Notes: generated by a model not told the origin, from the letters alone. A stretch of 64,000 nt of DNA from Candidatus Nealsonbacteria bacterium (GCA_030617105.1 JAUWWC010000001.1:4759-68758), one strand, 5' to 3'. Shown: positions 18,534 to 27,773, numbered from the stretch's first letter. Made by a program: numbers and translations.

Positions 18534-18660
18534 TTGACAAGGTTCTTTAATAGGGGTTTAATGCATTAGAGACAAGATGGTCTTGTTTCAAGGTGTAAAG
18601 TTCTTTGAAAATTGAAAAAGTAAAAAAAACAGAAATTTTAGAAAAGAAAGGAGAATAGAA
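18534..18660 (+). promoter_or_regulatory. conserved promoter + 5'-UTR hairpin element, copy 1 (TTGACA-N17-TTTAAT; hairpin ACAAGA-TGG-TCTTGT at 18572-18586; AATTGAAA...AGGAG before ATG)
   Basis: Shared with copies at 22931-23017 and 25777-25864; stem sequences differ but stay complementary. Confidence 0.5.
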
Positions 18661-19623
18661 ATGGAAAAAAGAATAATGGCAAGAAATATTGCATGGTTTT
18701 GTGTTTTGCTTGCTGTATTAGGTAGTTTGATTTGGTTCAATAATCTTAGTATAGCTTTGCAATGGAATCCAAAAGCAGGTCATGGATTTGAATATCATGG
18801 TCCAATCTCTTATTTTGATCGTTTTGCAGTAGATTTTTCTACAGTTAGCACTCTTGTACCTTTTTTTGGGATGTGCCTTATTGCAAGAGGATTTTTCAGT
18901 ATTGCTAAAGCCAAAGAAAAGACTAATTGTTCAAAGGTCTTTCCATTTTTTGTGAATTACGAACGTATTATGGTTGCCTTAGGATTGATGGGAACGGTCT
19001 GGGGGCTTATTATGATTGGGTATTACCCATCTGAACAAGTCCAAATGTCACAGTTGATAAATTGTTTGAGAACCGCTCTTTATTCAACTTTAATTGCCTT
19101 GATTTGGGTGTTTCTTATTGTTATACCACTTAGATATAGTATGCAGCGAGCTTATAGAAGTATTTCTGGTTACCAGGTCTTAAAACCTAATGAGACTATT
19201 ATTTCCCTTTTAGGAGACCTCAGTTCAGCAGCTTCAGGCCTTACTGAGACCATAAATGAAACCAGTAGTACTTTTAGCCAGCTTAAGAATGAAGTCTCAG
19301 GAGCTAAAAAGGAATTTCAAGAAGTTGATAAGTTGATAGCAGAGATCAAAGGTAAGGCTGAAGGTGTATTTGATAAAGCTCAGGAGTCCTTTAACCAGAT
19401 AAGTTCTGGATCTCGGGCTTGGCAGCGAGCTGCAGAAAAACAGCAAAAAGCTGCTGAGGCGCAAGAAGCATTTTTCCAGCAATTAACCAATGAGTTGGAC
19501 AAAGTAATAAAAGAAAGGGATGAATTAAAAGGAAAATTAGACCAAACAAAACAAGAATTAGTTGAAGTAAAAAGCAAATTCCGTAGATTAAGGGATTTTG
19601 TTAGAGGAATAGTTGGAAAATAG
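18661..19623 (+). CDS. MotA/TolQ/ExbB-family proton-channel protein with ~165-aa C-terminal coiled-coil tail
   Basis: 4 hydrophobic segments; ALGLMGTVWGLIMIG matches TolQ/ExbB G-L-x-G-T-V-W-G signature; following TM resembles TolQ TM3; heptad-rich K/E tail. Confidence 0.6.
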   Translation: MEKRIMARNIAWFCVLLAVLGSLIWFNNLSIALQWNPKAGHGFEYHGPISYFDRFAVDFSTVSTLVPFFGMCLIARGFFSIAKAKEKTNCSKVFPFFVNYERIMVALGLMGTVWGLIMIGYYPSEQVQMSQLINCLRTALYSTLIALIWVFLIVIPLRYSMQRAYRSISGYQVLKPNETIISLLGDLSSAASGLTETINETSSTFSQLKNEVSGAKKEFQEVDKLIAEIKGKAEGVFDKAQESFNQISSGSRAWQRAAEKQQKAAEAQEAFFQQLTNELDKVIKERDELKGKLDQTKQELVEVKSKFRRLRDFVRGIVGK

Positions 19624-19636
19624 AAAGGAGCAAAAA

Positions 19637-20503
19637 ATGGAAGATTTATTAGAACGGGTAGGAACACTTTTTGGTGCTGAAAAAGAGGAAGAAGTGTCTA
19701 CGGCTGAAACTTTTGAGTTATTGTGTCAGATTGCTTTGGCTCTACTAATAATCTTTGTTATGGCTAATACTATTTTTAGAGGTAGAGCTCAGGCACAGAT
19801 TGATGAAAGTAGAGGTAGGCAAGGTGTTCTTGAAGATGAAAATAGAAGATTTAGACAAGCAGATCCAAATATTGCAAGCTATGAGAGAGCAATGATGGAT
19901 GTACAAAAACAGAAGCTTCTTTTGGCATTAGAAAAGATTGAAAATACCCTTCGTGATGATTTCGGGATTGATCATTTTGCACCAAAAGATCGCAGTACTC
20001 ATGAAAGTAAGTATTTAATGAACGATCTTCTTTCAGGGGAAAAAGTAATTAATGAGCGGTTTAAACAAGCTTGTATTATTGCTAAACAAGTTTTCTTAGA
20101 CAGAAAAAAATTGCGACAGAACTGGTGTGATAGGATACCTTTGGTTGAGCCAGGATTAGTATTTGATAGTACTCCAGAAAAACAATCAATTATTACAAAC
20201 CCTGAAGTTATAAGTCCGGAAAATGAAATATTGGTATTTCAGGAGATTGCTAATAGAATAGAAGGGATATATGCTGATTGTTGCGATATGCAGCGCATGG
20301 CCCTTTCTTATCTGCAGGAGTATTATTATGAACATACAGAATTACTAAAAGGAACTGAATTTGATAAGAACTTAAATAATGATGTATCTTCAGCATCAGA
20401 CAAGGAAAAACGAAGACTTATGTTGCAACGTAGTCAAGAATTGTATATGTATATAAAATCACTTTTTGAAAAACAGAATGTACCACTGCTTAGCGGAGTT
20501 TAA
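19637..20503 (+). CDS. single-pass membrane protein (N-in, TM aa about 25-45, ~240-aa C-terminal domain), candidate TolR/ExbD/MotB-like partner of the upstream channel
   Basis: Start at ATG 19637 with AAAGGAG SD, abutting stop of upstream gene; TM lacks canonical Asp but is preceded by Glu; topology only. Confidence 0.45.
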   Translation: MEDLLERVGTLFGAEKEEEVSTAETFELLCQIALALLIIFVMANTIFRGRAQAQIDESRGRQGVLEDENRRFRQADPNIASYERAMMDVQKQKLLLALEKIENTLRDDFGIDHFAPKDRSTHESKYLMNDLLSGEKVINERFKQACIIAKQVFLDRKKLRQNWCDRIPLVEPGLVFDSTPEKQSIITNPEVISPENEILVFQEIANRIEGIYADCCDMQRMALSYLQEYYYEHTELLKGTEFDKNLNNDVSSASDKEKRRLMLQRSQELYMYIKSLFEKQNVPLLSGV

Positions 20504-20536
20504 GCACGACGGTCATTAAGAAAGGAAGGTGCAAGA

Positions 20537-22885
20537 ATGAGATCCGCAAGAAAAAAACCTGTTATTACAATAGCTTTGTTTGTAGTTATCAGCGCCTTGC
20601 TCCCTGGAAGATTTTGCCTAGGGAGCAAGGGCGAATTATCAGCAAAAAAAGCTAATGCAAGATTGTATGCTAAGATGCATATTAATAAACTTTGCGAGCA
20701 AGCAAGAAAACAAGAAGTTGATGTTAATGATCTCTGTGAGAAAATGCTGCAGAATCCAGCTAAATATCAAAACAGAAGACAGGCCTGGGATAACTTAAAG
20801 CAGGAACAAACTCAGATGTTTACTGATTGGTATCAAAAGGAAGTGAAACTTGTTTTACAGGCAATTGACCGGAACTACTTTACTAAAGAAGAGCGAGATG
20901 CTTTTCTAAAACCTCTAGACGAAGTAGTTAAGGACTATCTTGATAAGAATTTTGGCAAAAGCCATACAGATGGAACAACAGTATTTGGCAAAGCAAGAAA
21001 AAAAGCTTATGAAAGCCAACTCAATAAGCTGACAAAAGATGTTTATCCCACAGAAAGCGAAGTTGATACAGCTGTGGCTAAAAGACAGCTCAATAACTTG
21101 CGGATTAAAATATTGAATCAGCTTATTAAAAAACAAAAAGAACCTGTTTTTTCAGAAAATGTAAGTACGCTTAGCAGCGATTTCGTTAATCCCATACTTG
21201 ACGATGCTAAAAAGCAATTAGAAAAACAAGGTTCAATTGTGACCGGTTCTTCTGGCGCTAGTTATGTTGTGCCGGAAGATATCAGGAATTTCATCAGCAG
21301 GGAGATTACTACTTATCAGAACAAGCTTAAGCAGGAAAAGCAGGGAAAAACAATAGCCAATAAGGTCTATAAGATGTTTCCTTCAGTTAAGAAGAAAGTT
21401 GATGATGAGGCAGGCAAAATCGCTATCAAAAGATTTCGCAATGCTATATCTGAAATGAATTTGTCAGTTGACAAGAAGGTTTTAAAAAAGCTGATAAGCG
21501 GGAGCTTATCAGTTCATGCTGACAAAGATAAAAGCTGGAGCACTTGCTTGAAACGTTTTCGACAAGATATTGTTAACAAAGCCATTGATAATCATGCAGT
21601 CAAGGCTCCAAAAGACAAACAATCTGATTTTCGCAACTTTCTGTCATCACTTATTTCAAACAGTGATCAATCTTGCAAAGATGCTATGAATAAACTGGTT
21701 GATAGAAGCTTGAAGCAGGAGTTTGATCGTATACGAAAAGAGATTGCTCAGCAGCAATTCAGAGATTTCTTTGGACCGCTTGAACAAGGTTCTTGGCCTT
21801 CTTCAGAAAAAGCAGATGAGCTGATTGACAAATGGTACAATAAATCAGTGAACATATCTGAATCTGAAGCTTTGAAAATGCCTGATGTTTCATCAAGGTC
21901 CTTTAATTCTAAAGACCTGCTTAAAGAGACCATTGAAATGGTTCGCGAAGCAGAAGAAGCAGGAATAAAAACAGGACTTGATGCTCTGAGGAGCCAGATG
22001 AGCACGGTTGAGAGACTTGAGTTTCAAGTCAAGAGCCAAATTAGAAATATGAGAGATCTCACTATTGAGAAGGTTATAGAGATTTACACACAAAAAGTAA
22101 ATTCATCTTGGTCTTCCAAGGATTATCCCCATCTTTTTACCCGAACTCAAAAGGAAATTAAAAGGCGAGCTAAGGATATTTTAGATTTAGAGATTGCTCG
22201 TCAGCGTCAGATTGCTAATGACAAAGCTAAAGCTGATAAAGCTCGAGCCGATGCTAAAGCCAGAGCTCAGCTTGAAGATAAAGGCAGGTCTGACATACTT
22301 GGCTTGGAAGATTCTGACAAGCCAGGAAAACCAGGTGGAGGAGGAGATCCTAATAAGTCAGGAAAACCAGGTGGTGGCACGCCTGATACTTTTGGCGGTC
22401 CTCCGGGGGGAAAAGGACCTGCAAAAGAACAAGAGGAACCGGGGGATCAAATGCCAGATGTTATTCTTGATTTTGGCTACGAAAGTGGAAAAGTTTATGC
22501 TGACATAATGTTTCCCAAAGAATCAAAAGACAAGCTTAGACTTTTTATGGATCTCAGTGTCAACCTTAATTCGTCTAACATGGTTATTGCTCGAAAGCTT
22601 TTTGCTGATTGGCTTAAAGACGCTGTCAAGAAAAGCAAAAAAGACCAGCAAGACATAAATTTCTATGTTTTTGCCCGAGTTTTTCACGGAAGTTCTGTGT
22701 TATACAGCATGGTTTATTATTTCAGAGAGTGCTTGATAAAAGCTTTAGAAGATACTGGTGATAAAAGAATAAAAATTCACTGGTATGACAGGCTTTTTTA
22801 TGGTTCTTCTGATATTGAGAAATACAGGGGTAAGCCTATTTTGCCTCCTAAGTTTGATAAAAAACTTATGCCGAGATTGGTATAA
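20537..22885 (+). CDS. large membrane-anchored or secreted protein with TolA/TonB-like architecture: N-terminal signal/anchor, ~600-aa K/E/A-rich alpha-helical region, Gly/Pro-rich spacer, ~150-aa C-terminal globular domain
   Basis: N-terminal hydrophobic segment; ANDKAKADKARADAKARAQ helical repeats; KPGKPGGGGDPNKSGKPGGGTPDTFGGPPGGKGP spacer. Confidence 0.5.
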   Translation: MRSARKKPVITIALFVVISALLPGRFCLGSKGELSAKKANARLYAKMHINKLCEQARKQEVDVNDLCEKMLQNPAKYQNRRQAWDNLKQEQTQMFTDWYQKEVKLVLQAIDRNYFTKEERDAFLKPLDEVVKDYLDKNFGKSHTDGTTVFGKARKKAYESQLNKLTKDVYPTESEVDTAVAKRQLNNLRIKILNQLIKKQKEPVFSENVSTLSSDFVNPILDDAKKQLEKQGSIVTGSSGASYVVPEDIRNFISREITTYQNKLKQEKQGKTIANKVYKMFPSVKKKVDDEAGKIAIKRFRNAISEMNLSVDKKVLKKLISGSLSVHADKDKSWSTCLKRFRQDIVNKAIDNHAVKAPKDKQSDFRNFLSSLISNSDQSCKDAMNKLVDRSLKQEFDRIRKEIAQQQFRDFFGPLEQGSWPSSEKADELIDKWYNKSVNISESEALKMPDVSSRSFNSKDLLKETIEMVREAEEAGIKTGLDALRSQMSTVERLEFQVKSQIRNMRDLTIEKVIEIYTQKVNSSWSSKDYPHLFTRTQKEIKRRAKDILDLEIARQRQIANDKAKADKARADAKARAQLEDKGRSDILGLEDSDKPGKPGGGGDPNKSGKPGGGTPDTFGGPPGGKGPAKEQEEPGDQMPDVILDFGYESGKVYADIMFPKESKDKLRLFMDLSVNLNSSNMVIARKLFADWLKDAVKKSKKDQQDINFYVFARVFHGSSVLYSMVYYFRECLIKALEDTGDKRIKIHWYDRLFYGSSDIEKYRGKPILPPKFDKKLMPRLV

Positions 22886-22890
22886 ATTCA

Positions 22891-22930
22891 AGGAGCTAAC
22901 TCTTAAAATAAGAGTTAAGCTCCTTTTTTC
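22891..22930 (+). terminator. rho-independent terminator (13-bp stem GGAGCTAACTCTT/AAGAGTTAAGCTCC + T-run)
   Basis: Read directly after stop at 22885. Confidence 0.7.
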
Positions 22931-23017
22931 TTGACAAAGTTATTTATAGGATGTTTAATGCAATAGAGGCAAGAAGGTCTTGTCTTTAGCACTTTAACAA
23001 TTGAAAGGAGACAGAAA
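22931..23017 (+). promoter_or_regulatory. conserved promoter + 5'-UTR hairpin element, copy 2 (TTGACA 22931-22936; hairpin GCAAGA-AGG-TCTTGT 22969-22983; AATTGAAAGGAG)
   Basis: Aligned by eye with copies 1 and 3. Confidence 0.5.
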
Positions 23018-24655
23018 ATGAATAAAAGAATTTTCTTGATAATTGTTATACTTTTTCAGATAGGAAAAGTTAGTGTAGCTAATTATCCGCCAAGAGTTAA
23101 AATTCAGAATCCAACAAGTGGTTCAAAATTTAAACTTGACGAAGAAATTGTTTTTAGAGGAATTGCAGTTGATTTAGAAGATGGAGAATTACCAGAAAAA
23201 AATCTTACTTGGACATCTGATTTAGATATTTATATTGGTCAAGGTAATTCATTGACCTATAAGGGTCTTTCAGTTGGTCCTCATATTGTTATGTTAACAG
23301 CATTTGATTCAGAGGGTTCTGTAGGCAGAGATTCAGTTTTTATTACAATACAAGACCCTAAGATCACTAAACCTATTGTTAAGAAACCCAAAAAGGAACC
23401 TAAAACTGGACCTGAAGGACCTAAACTTGAAGAGCTTGAACCAGGGGCGCCATCTATTGAATTTCTTTTTGTGCCTTCTTTTCGCAGTTTCGAAGATCTT
23501 ACAGGCAGAGTATTGAGTGCTGACCCTAATAATTTTGCTGTTGCTGTTTATATTATGAAAGATGGTCTTTGGTGGAGTAAGCGGGTAGGCAAGATTAATA
23601 GAGAGGGCAGATGGATTTGTGATATTACGACAGCTGAACGTGATGAAGTAGCGCTTAAAATCCTTGTCTATCTTGTTCCAAGCGATTTTAAACCCCCGTT
23701 AGCTTCTGGCAATTTTCAGCTTTCTCATGAATTAGAGAAAAATAGTGTAGCAAAAATAGAAGTACTTCGGAAAATAAGAATGCCCAAGGTAACGTTACAG
23801 TCAAAAAGGGAGCCAGAAATCAAGAAGATCCGCAAAAAGCCAGAACCTAAAGGTCCAATAGAGGCATTGGGAGAGCTTTTGATTCGGTTGCTGCCTAAAG
23901 AAAAGCAAACAACAGAGACTCTGAAAAGATATCTCCCTTTAGCAGTTGGCAACAAATGGACCTATCAGAGAACCGTTTACAAGAGCGATGAAGTTTTTCA
24001 TTACAGAAAGCAAATTATTGAGAAACCTGGCTGGAATAGTCCCCCTCGAGGAGCTGTCTATTTTACCCTCGGCCGGACAATAGAAAAGATGCCCCAGAGT
24101 TCTCTAGAGACATATAGCATTTCTAATTCTACTCTAACAGACAAATTTGCATCCTGGGACGTAGAAATTGAAGGGACTATTCCTAGAGATGGAAGATACT
24201 CCTCACTTTATATTAAAGAGGAGCCAAATGTTAAATGGCTTTATGTTGATGGAGGTGTTTGGGAACTAATGCAAGGTGAATATTTAGGCGCTGAGACCAT
24301 AAGTCAGACTTGGCTAGCGGTCTTAGAGCCAGGGATAATAATTTCTGACTCAGCAAAAGAAGGGGAGATACCTTTCTGGGCAATAGGAGCAGTTTTAATC
24401 CCAGAAAAAATCACTACCCCGGCTGGAAAATTCTCAAGCTGCTTGAAGAATTGCACTATGATTAGAGGTCAAAATTTGAAAGAAGTATTATTAAAAGATA
24501 TGCCTCCTGAGTATTCAGAACAGGAAGATGGTTTTGGAAACTTCACGACCATATCTTTTTATGCGGAAGATGTTGGCTTGATCAAAGAGGTTCAGTATAA
24601 CTCCAAAGGGGAACTTGTATATGAATTAGCGTTAATCGAATATAAGGTAAATTGA
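23018..24655 (+). CDS. secreted multi-domain protein (signal peptide; Ig-like N-domain; domain shared with the GH17-like protein; C-terminal domain shared with the downstream paralog)
   Basis: RGRVLSADPNNFAVAVYIM...WICDITT aligns with 25865 product; PLAVGNKWTY and YELAL motifs align with 24778 product. Confidence 0.55.
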   Translation: MNKRIFLIIVILFQIGKVSVANYPPRVKIQNPTSGSKFKLDEEIVFRGIAVDLEDGELPEKNLTWTSDLDIYIGQGNSLTYKGLSVGPHIVMLTAFDSEGSVGRDSVFITIQDPKITKPIVKKPKKEPKTGPEGPKLEELEPGAPSIEFLFVPSFRSFEDLTGRVLSADPNNFAVAVYIMKDGLWWSKRVGKINREGRWICDITTAERDEVALKILVYLVPSDFKPPLASGNFQLSHELEKNSVAKIEVLRKIRMPKVTLQSKREPEIKKIRKKPEPKGPIEALGELLIRLLPKEKQTTETLKRYLPLAVGNKWTYQRTVYKSDEVFHYRKQIIEKPGWNSPPRGAVYFTLGRTIEKMPQSSLETYSISNSTLTDKFASWDVEIEGTIPRDGRYSSLYIKEEPNVKWLYVDGGVWELMQGEYLGAETISQTWLAVLEPGIIISDSAKEGEIPFWAIGAVLIPEKITTPAGKFSSCLKNCTMIRGQNLKEVLLKDMPPEYSEQEDGFGNFTTISFYAEDVGLIKEVQYNSKGELVYELALIEYKVN

Positions 24656-24777
24656 AAGGAGCGGAAAATGATTAAGAGAATTTTTCAAAAGAAAGGAGGA
24701 TTGAAACGAAAAGGATTGTAATTGTTTTAGAGAAATAGAAACAGAAACCCTTTAGGAAAACATGAAAGGAGAAAAAA

Positions 24778-25731
24778 ATGAAGACTCTACTAAAAAATGT
24801 AAAGTTAGTTATTTTGGTTGTTTTTGTGGCTCTGGCTTCTTTATTCTTTTTTGAAAGAAAGCCTAGTGAGGCTTCTAACCAGCCAACTGAGATCAGGATG
24901 AAAGAGCGAAAGACAGTAGAGAAAGCTACCACTACTGAAAATTTTATCCCCGGTACCTATGATCCAAGATTACTTATGCCCCTAGCTCTTGGAAATAGCT
25001 GGACCTACGGTTGGAAAAGTGCTGCTGTATCGACCTTAAAAGAAGTAGAATCCAAAGATAAGGCAATTTTTAGGGGTCTAAGCTGGTACTCATTTGGTGG
25101 AAAGAGTGTGCTGGCCAGATGCTATGGCTATAAAGCAAAAGCCCATAAGGAAACTTACACCCTTATCCGACAGGATGGCGATCACTATTTCTTTACTATT
25201 TCTATTGATCCCAAGGTACCTTCAGAACAGATACGCGATGGCAGATTTGAAGATTCTGTTGAGAATTGCTGGACCTGGTGGGACCTTAGGCAAGGCTCTT
25301 ACGGTTCAATGGGAATGACTGAGTCCATAAAACGGAATTGGGGTATCCATAGAGATTATCTTCTTGGCAAACAAGCTGAATTGCCAGATGATTTTCCAGC
25401 AGACCACCGCAACGCTATTCACATTGAGTTTACAGAAGGTGAGTGGGGCGATAGTTGGTTGGAATTTGCTTATTCTAAAAATCCCTGTAGATATGTATAC
25501 AAAACCATGGGTAATGAAGTTAAGGTAGCTGCTGGAACATTCAAAAACTGTATTGAAGCGATTGAGAAGGTTCATAAGGATGCCGAAGAGAAAAGCCCCC
25601 TGGTCTGGGAGACCCATATATTCTGGGCTCCTGAGGTAGGCAAGGTCTGGGAATACCAGAGGCTTGCTGATGGTACCATAACCTATGAGTTGGAGCTCCT
25701 AAAATTTGTTCCAGCCCAAAAGAAAAAATAG
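24778..25731 (+). CDS. secreted protein, paralog of the C-terminal domain of the 23018 product
   Basis: Signal/TM at N-terminus; PLALGNSWTY...YELEL shared motifs. Confidence 0.55.
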   Translation: MKTLLKNVKLVILVVFVALASLFFFERKPSEASNQPTEIRMKERKTVEKATTTENFIPGTYDPRLLMPLALGNSWTYGWKSAAVSTLKEVESKDKAIFRGLSWYSFGGKSVLARCYGYKAKAHKETYTLIRQDGDHYFFTISIDPKVPSEQIRDGRFEDSVENCWTWWDLRQGSYGSMGMTESIKRNWGIHRDYLLGKQAELPDDFPADHRNAIHIEFTEGEWGDSWLEFAYSKNPCRYVYKTMGNEVKVAAGTFKNCIEAIEKVHKDAEEKSPLVWETHIFWAPEVGKVWEYQRLADGTITYELELLKFVPAQKKK

Positions 25732-25740
25732 GCAAAATAG

Positions 25741-25776
25741 GTGTCAGATTTATTTTCTGGCACCTCTTTTTTTCGC
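25741..25776 (+). terminator. rho-independent terminator (GGTGTCAG...CTGGCACC stem with one G-U, then T9)
   Basis: Read directly. Confidence 0.6.
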
Positions 25777-25864
25777 TTGACAAAGCATTGATAAGATATA
25801 TGCTATAAAAGAGAGATAAGGCGGTCTTATCTCAAGATTAAGAACCTTAAAAATTGAAAGGAGA
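25777..25864 (+). promoter_or_regulatory. conserved promoter + 5'-UTR hairpin element, copy 3 (TTGACA 25777-25782; hairpin GAGATAAG-GCGGT-CTTATCTC 25813-25833; AATTGAAAGGAG)
   Basis: Aligned by eye with copies 1 and 2. Confidence 0.5.
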
Positions 25865-27766
25865 TTGAAAATGGAAAAGAGAGTCTTTTTAATGATTGTT
25901 ACGATAGTGTTAGTTTTGAATTATTTTGTTCCTGTTGTATGTGGAGCAGAATCTGTGCCTGCAATCGGGCTCACTTATGTGCCGAAATATGGCAGTACTG
26001 AGAACTTGCGAGGCAGAGTATTAAATGCCAATTCTAAAGATTTTGCTGTTGCTGTTTATATTATGGTAGATCGTTTTTGGTGGACCAAGCCTTATTGGGA
26101 CAGCCCGATAACAGAAATTAATGATGATGGAACCTGGGTTTGTGATATTACCACTGGCGGTATTGACGAGACCGCCACCAGGATTGCTGCTTATCTTATT
26201 CCAGCTGATTACAAGCCTTCTTTGATCAGCTGGAATTTTCAGCTTCCTCAAGATCTGGAAGAGAAAGCTTTAGCAAAAGCAGAGGCAAGGCGGGATGTAT
26301 TAGGCAAAGTGTCGATAATACCTAGAGTTGAAGCAGAGTCCAAGATAGATATCAGGGAAAGAGATGTTGATAAACTGAAAGGTGTATGTTACGGACCTTT
26401 TCGTGATAATGAGAATCCTGATATGGGCATCCTTCCGTTTCTTGATGAGTTGAATCCTGATATTGGGTTTATTCCCAAGGTAGCCAGGGCAATTAGGACA
26501 TATGGTTGTACCAATACGCTTGGTAATATTCCTGCATTGTGCGAGAAAATTGCTATAGACTGCTATCCCGGGGCTTGGCTTGGTAAGTACAAAGCAGAAA
26601 ATAGAGAAGAAATTGAAAGTTTCATCCAGATTGCTAATCAGAACCTCAATTGTGTTAAAGCTCTAATTGTGGGAAATGAGGTTCTGCTGAGAGAAGATAT
26701 GACCGGGGAAGAGTTGATTTTCTACATCAGGGAACTGAAAAAAACAGGAGTTCCTGTGACAACCGCAGACATATGGAGAGTTTGGCTCATGCACCCAGAG
26801 CTTGCCGATGAGGTTGACTTTTTAATGGTTCATATCCATCCCTACTGGGAAGGAATATCAATAGGGGATGCTGCAAATTATGTTATACAGCGCTGGAATG
26901 CCATGAAGAAACGTTTTCCCGGCAAAAGGATTGTGATAGGTGAAACAGGATGGCCCTCTGAAGGTAAAACAATAGGTAAAGCCATAGCCAGTCCAGAAAA
27001 CCAGGCAAGATTTTTTAAAGAGTTTACTCAGTTAGCTGAAAAGGAACGGATTGAATACTTCTATTTTGAGCTATTTGATGAACTCTGGAAAGATAAATTT
27101 GAAGGTAAAGCTGGAGCTCATTGGGGGATCTACAATTCAGATGGTTCATTAAAAGATCATATGAAAGATCTGATTCCTACCCAAGCCCTCGAAGGGATTA
27201 GCCGGCCTCTAAGAGAAGTTGCTAAAGTTAAGGTCAGTGCTCCTCTTATTGTTTACAGGGATGCTGGTTCAGAAGAAAATAGCTTCCAGCCATCGGGTTG
27301 GATGGGTGATAGCGAGTGCATAGATTTGGACAAGGCCTGTGAGATAAACCCTTATGCTGGTAAGACCTGTATCCGTATTAGCTTCAAAGCTGCTCGATTC
27401 CTCTCCTGGGGTTGGGCTAGTATTTATTGGCAGTATCCTTTAAACAACTGGGGTAAATATCCTGGCTATGAGCTGTCAGGAGCTAACAAGCTTAGCTTCT
27501 GGGCTCGAGGCGAGAAAGGCAATGAAAAAGCAGAGTTTAAGACAGGAGGGATTAGGAGTTGGGTTCCAACAGAGTTCCGTCGCGATTCCTTTGGTCCTGT
27601 CTCTACTGGCGTCATGAAACTTACTCCAGAATGGAAAAAATATATCATTGACCTAAAAGGTAAAGACATGAGTAGTGTGATTGGCGGCTTTTGCTGGACA
27701 ACTAATCGTTGGTGGAATCCCAAAGGTTGCACGATTTACTTAGATGATATTCAGTTTGAACCATAA
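25865..27766 (+). CDS. secreted glycoside hydrolase family 17-like (beta-1,3-glucanase-like) protein with N-terminal domain paralogous to the 23018 product and a ~200-aa C-terminal probable carbohydrate-binding domain
   Basis: KGVCYGPF, LIVGNEVLL (acid/base Glu) and IGETGWPSEG (nucleophile Glu) GH17 motifs; signal peptide. Confidence 0.6.
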   Translation: MKMEKRVFLMIVTIVLVLNYFVPVVCGAESVPAIGLTYVPKYGSTENLRGRVLNANSKDFAVAVYIMVDRFWWTKPYWDSPITEINDDGTWVCDITTGGIDETATRIAAYLIPADYKPSLISWNFQLPQDLEEKALAKAEARRDVLGKVSIIPRVEAESKIDIRERDVDKLKGVCYGPFRDNENPDMGILPFLDELNPDIGFIPKVARAIRTYGCTNTLGNIPALCEKIAIDCYPGAWLGKYKAENREEIESFIQIANQNLNCVKALIVGNEVLLREDMTGEELIFYIRELKKTGVPVTTADIWRVWLMHPELADEVDFLMVHIHPYWEGISIGDAANYVIQRWNAMKKRFPGKRIVIGETGWPSEGKTIGKAIASPENQARFFKEFTQLAEKERIEYFYFELFDELWKDKFEGKAGAHWGIYNSDGSLKDHMKDLIPTQALEGISRPLREVAKVKVSAPLIVYRDAGSEENSFQPSGWMGDSECIDLDKACEINPYAGKTCIRISFKAARFLSWGWASIYWQYPLNNWGKYPGYELSGANKLSFWARGEKGNEKAEFKTGGIRSWVPTEFRRDSFGPVSTGVMKLTPEWKKYIIDLKGKDMSSVIGGFCWTTNRWWNPKGCTIYLDDIQFEP

Positions 27767-27773
27767 CAAAATA

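Noticed and set aside
18661-22885. Calling the module a canonical Zorya system
   Set aside because: The MotA-like protein is far shorter than ZorA, the partner lacks a recognisable OmpA/peptidoglycan-binding domain and the conserved Asp, and no ZorC/ZorD-like helicase-nuclease genes are present. It is kept as an analogy rather than a call.
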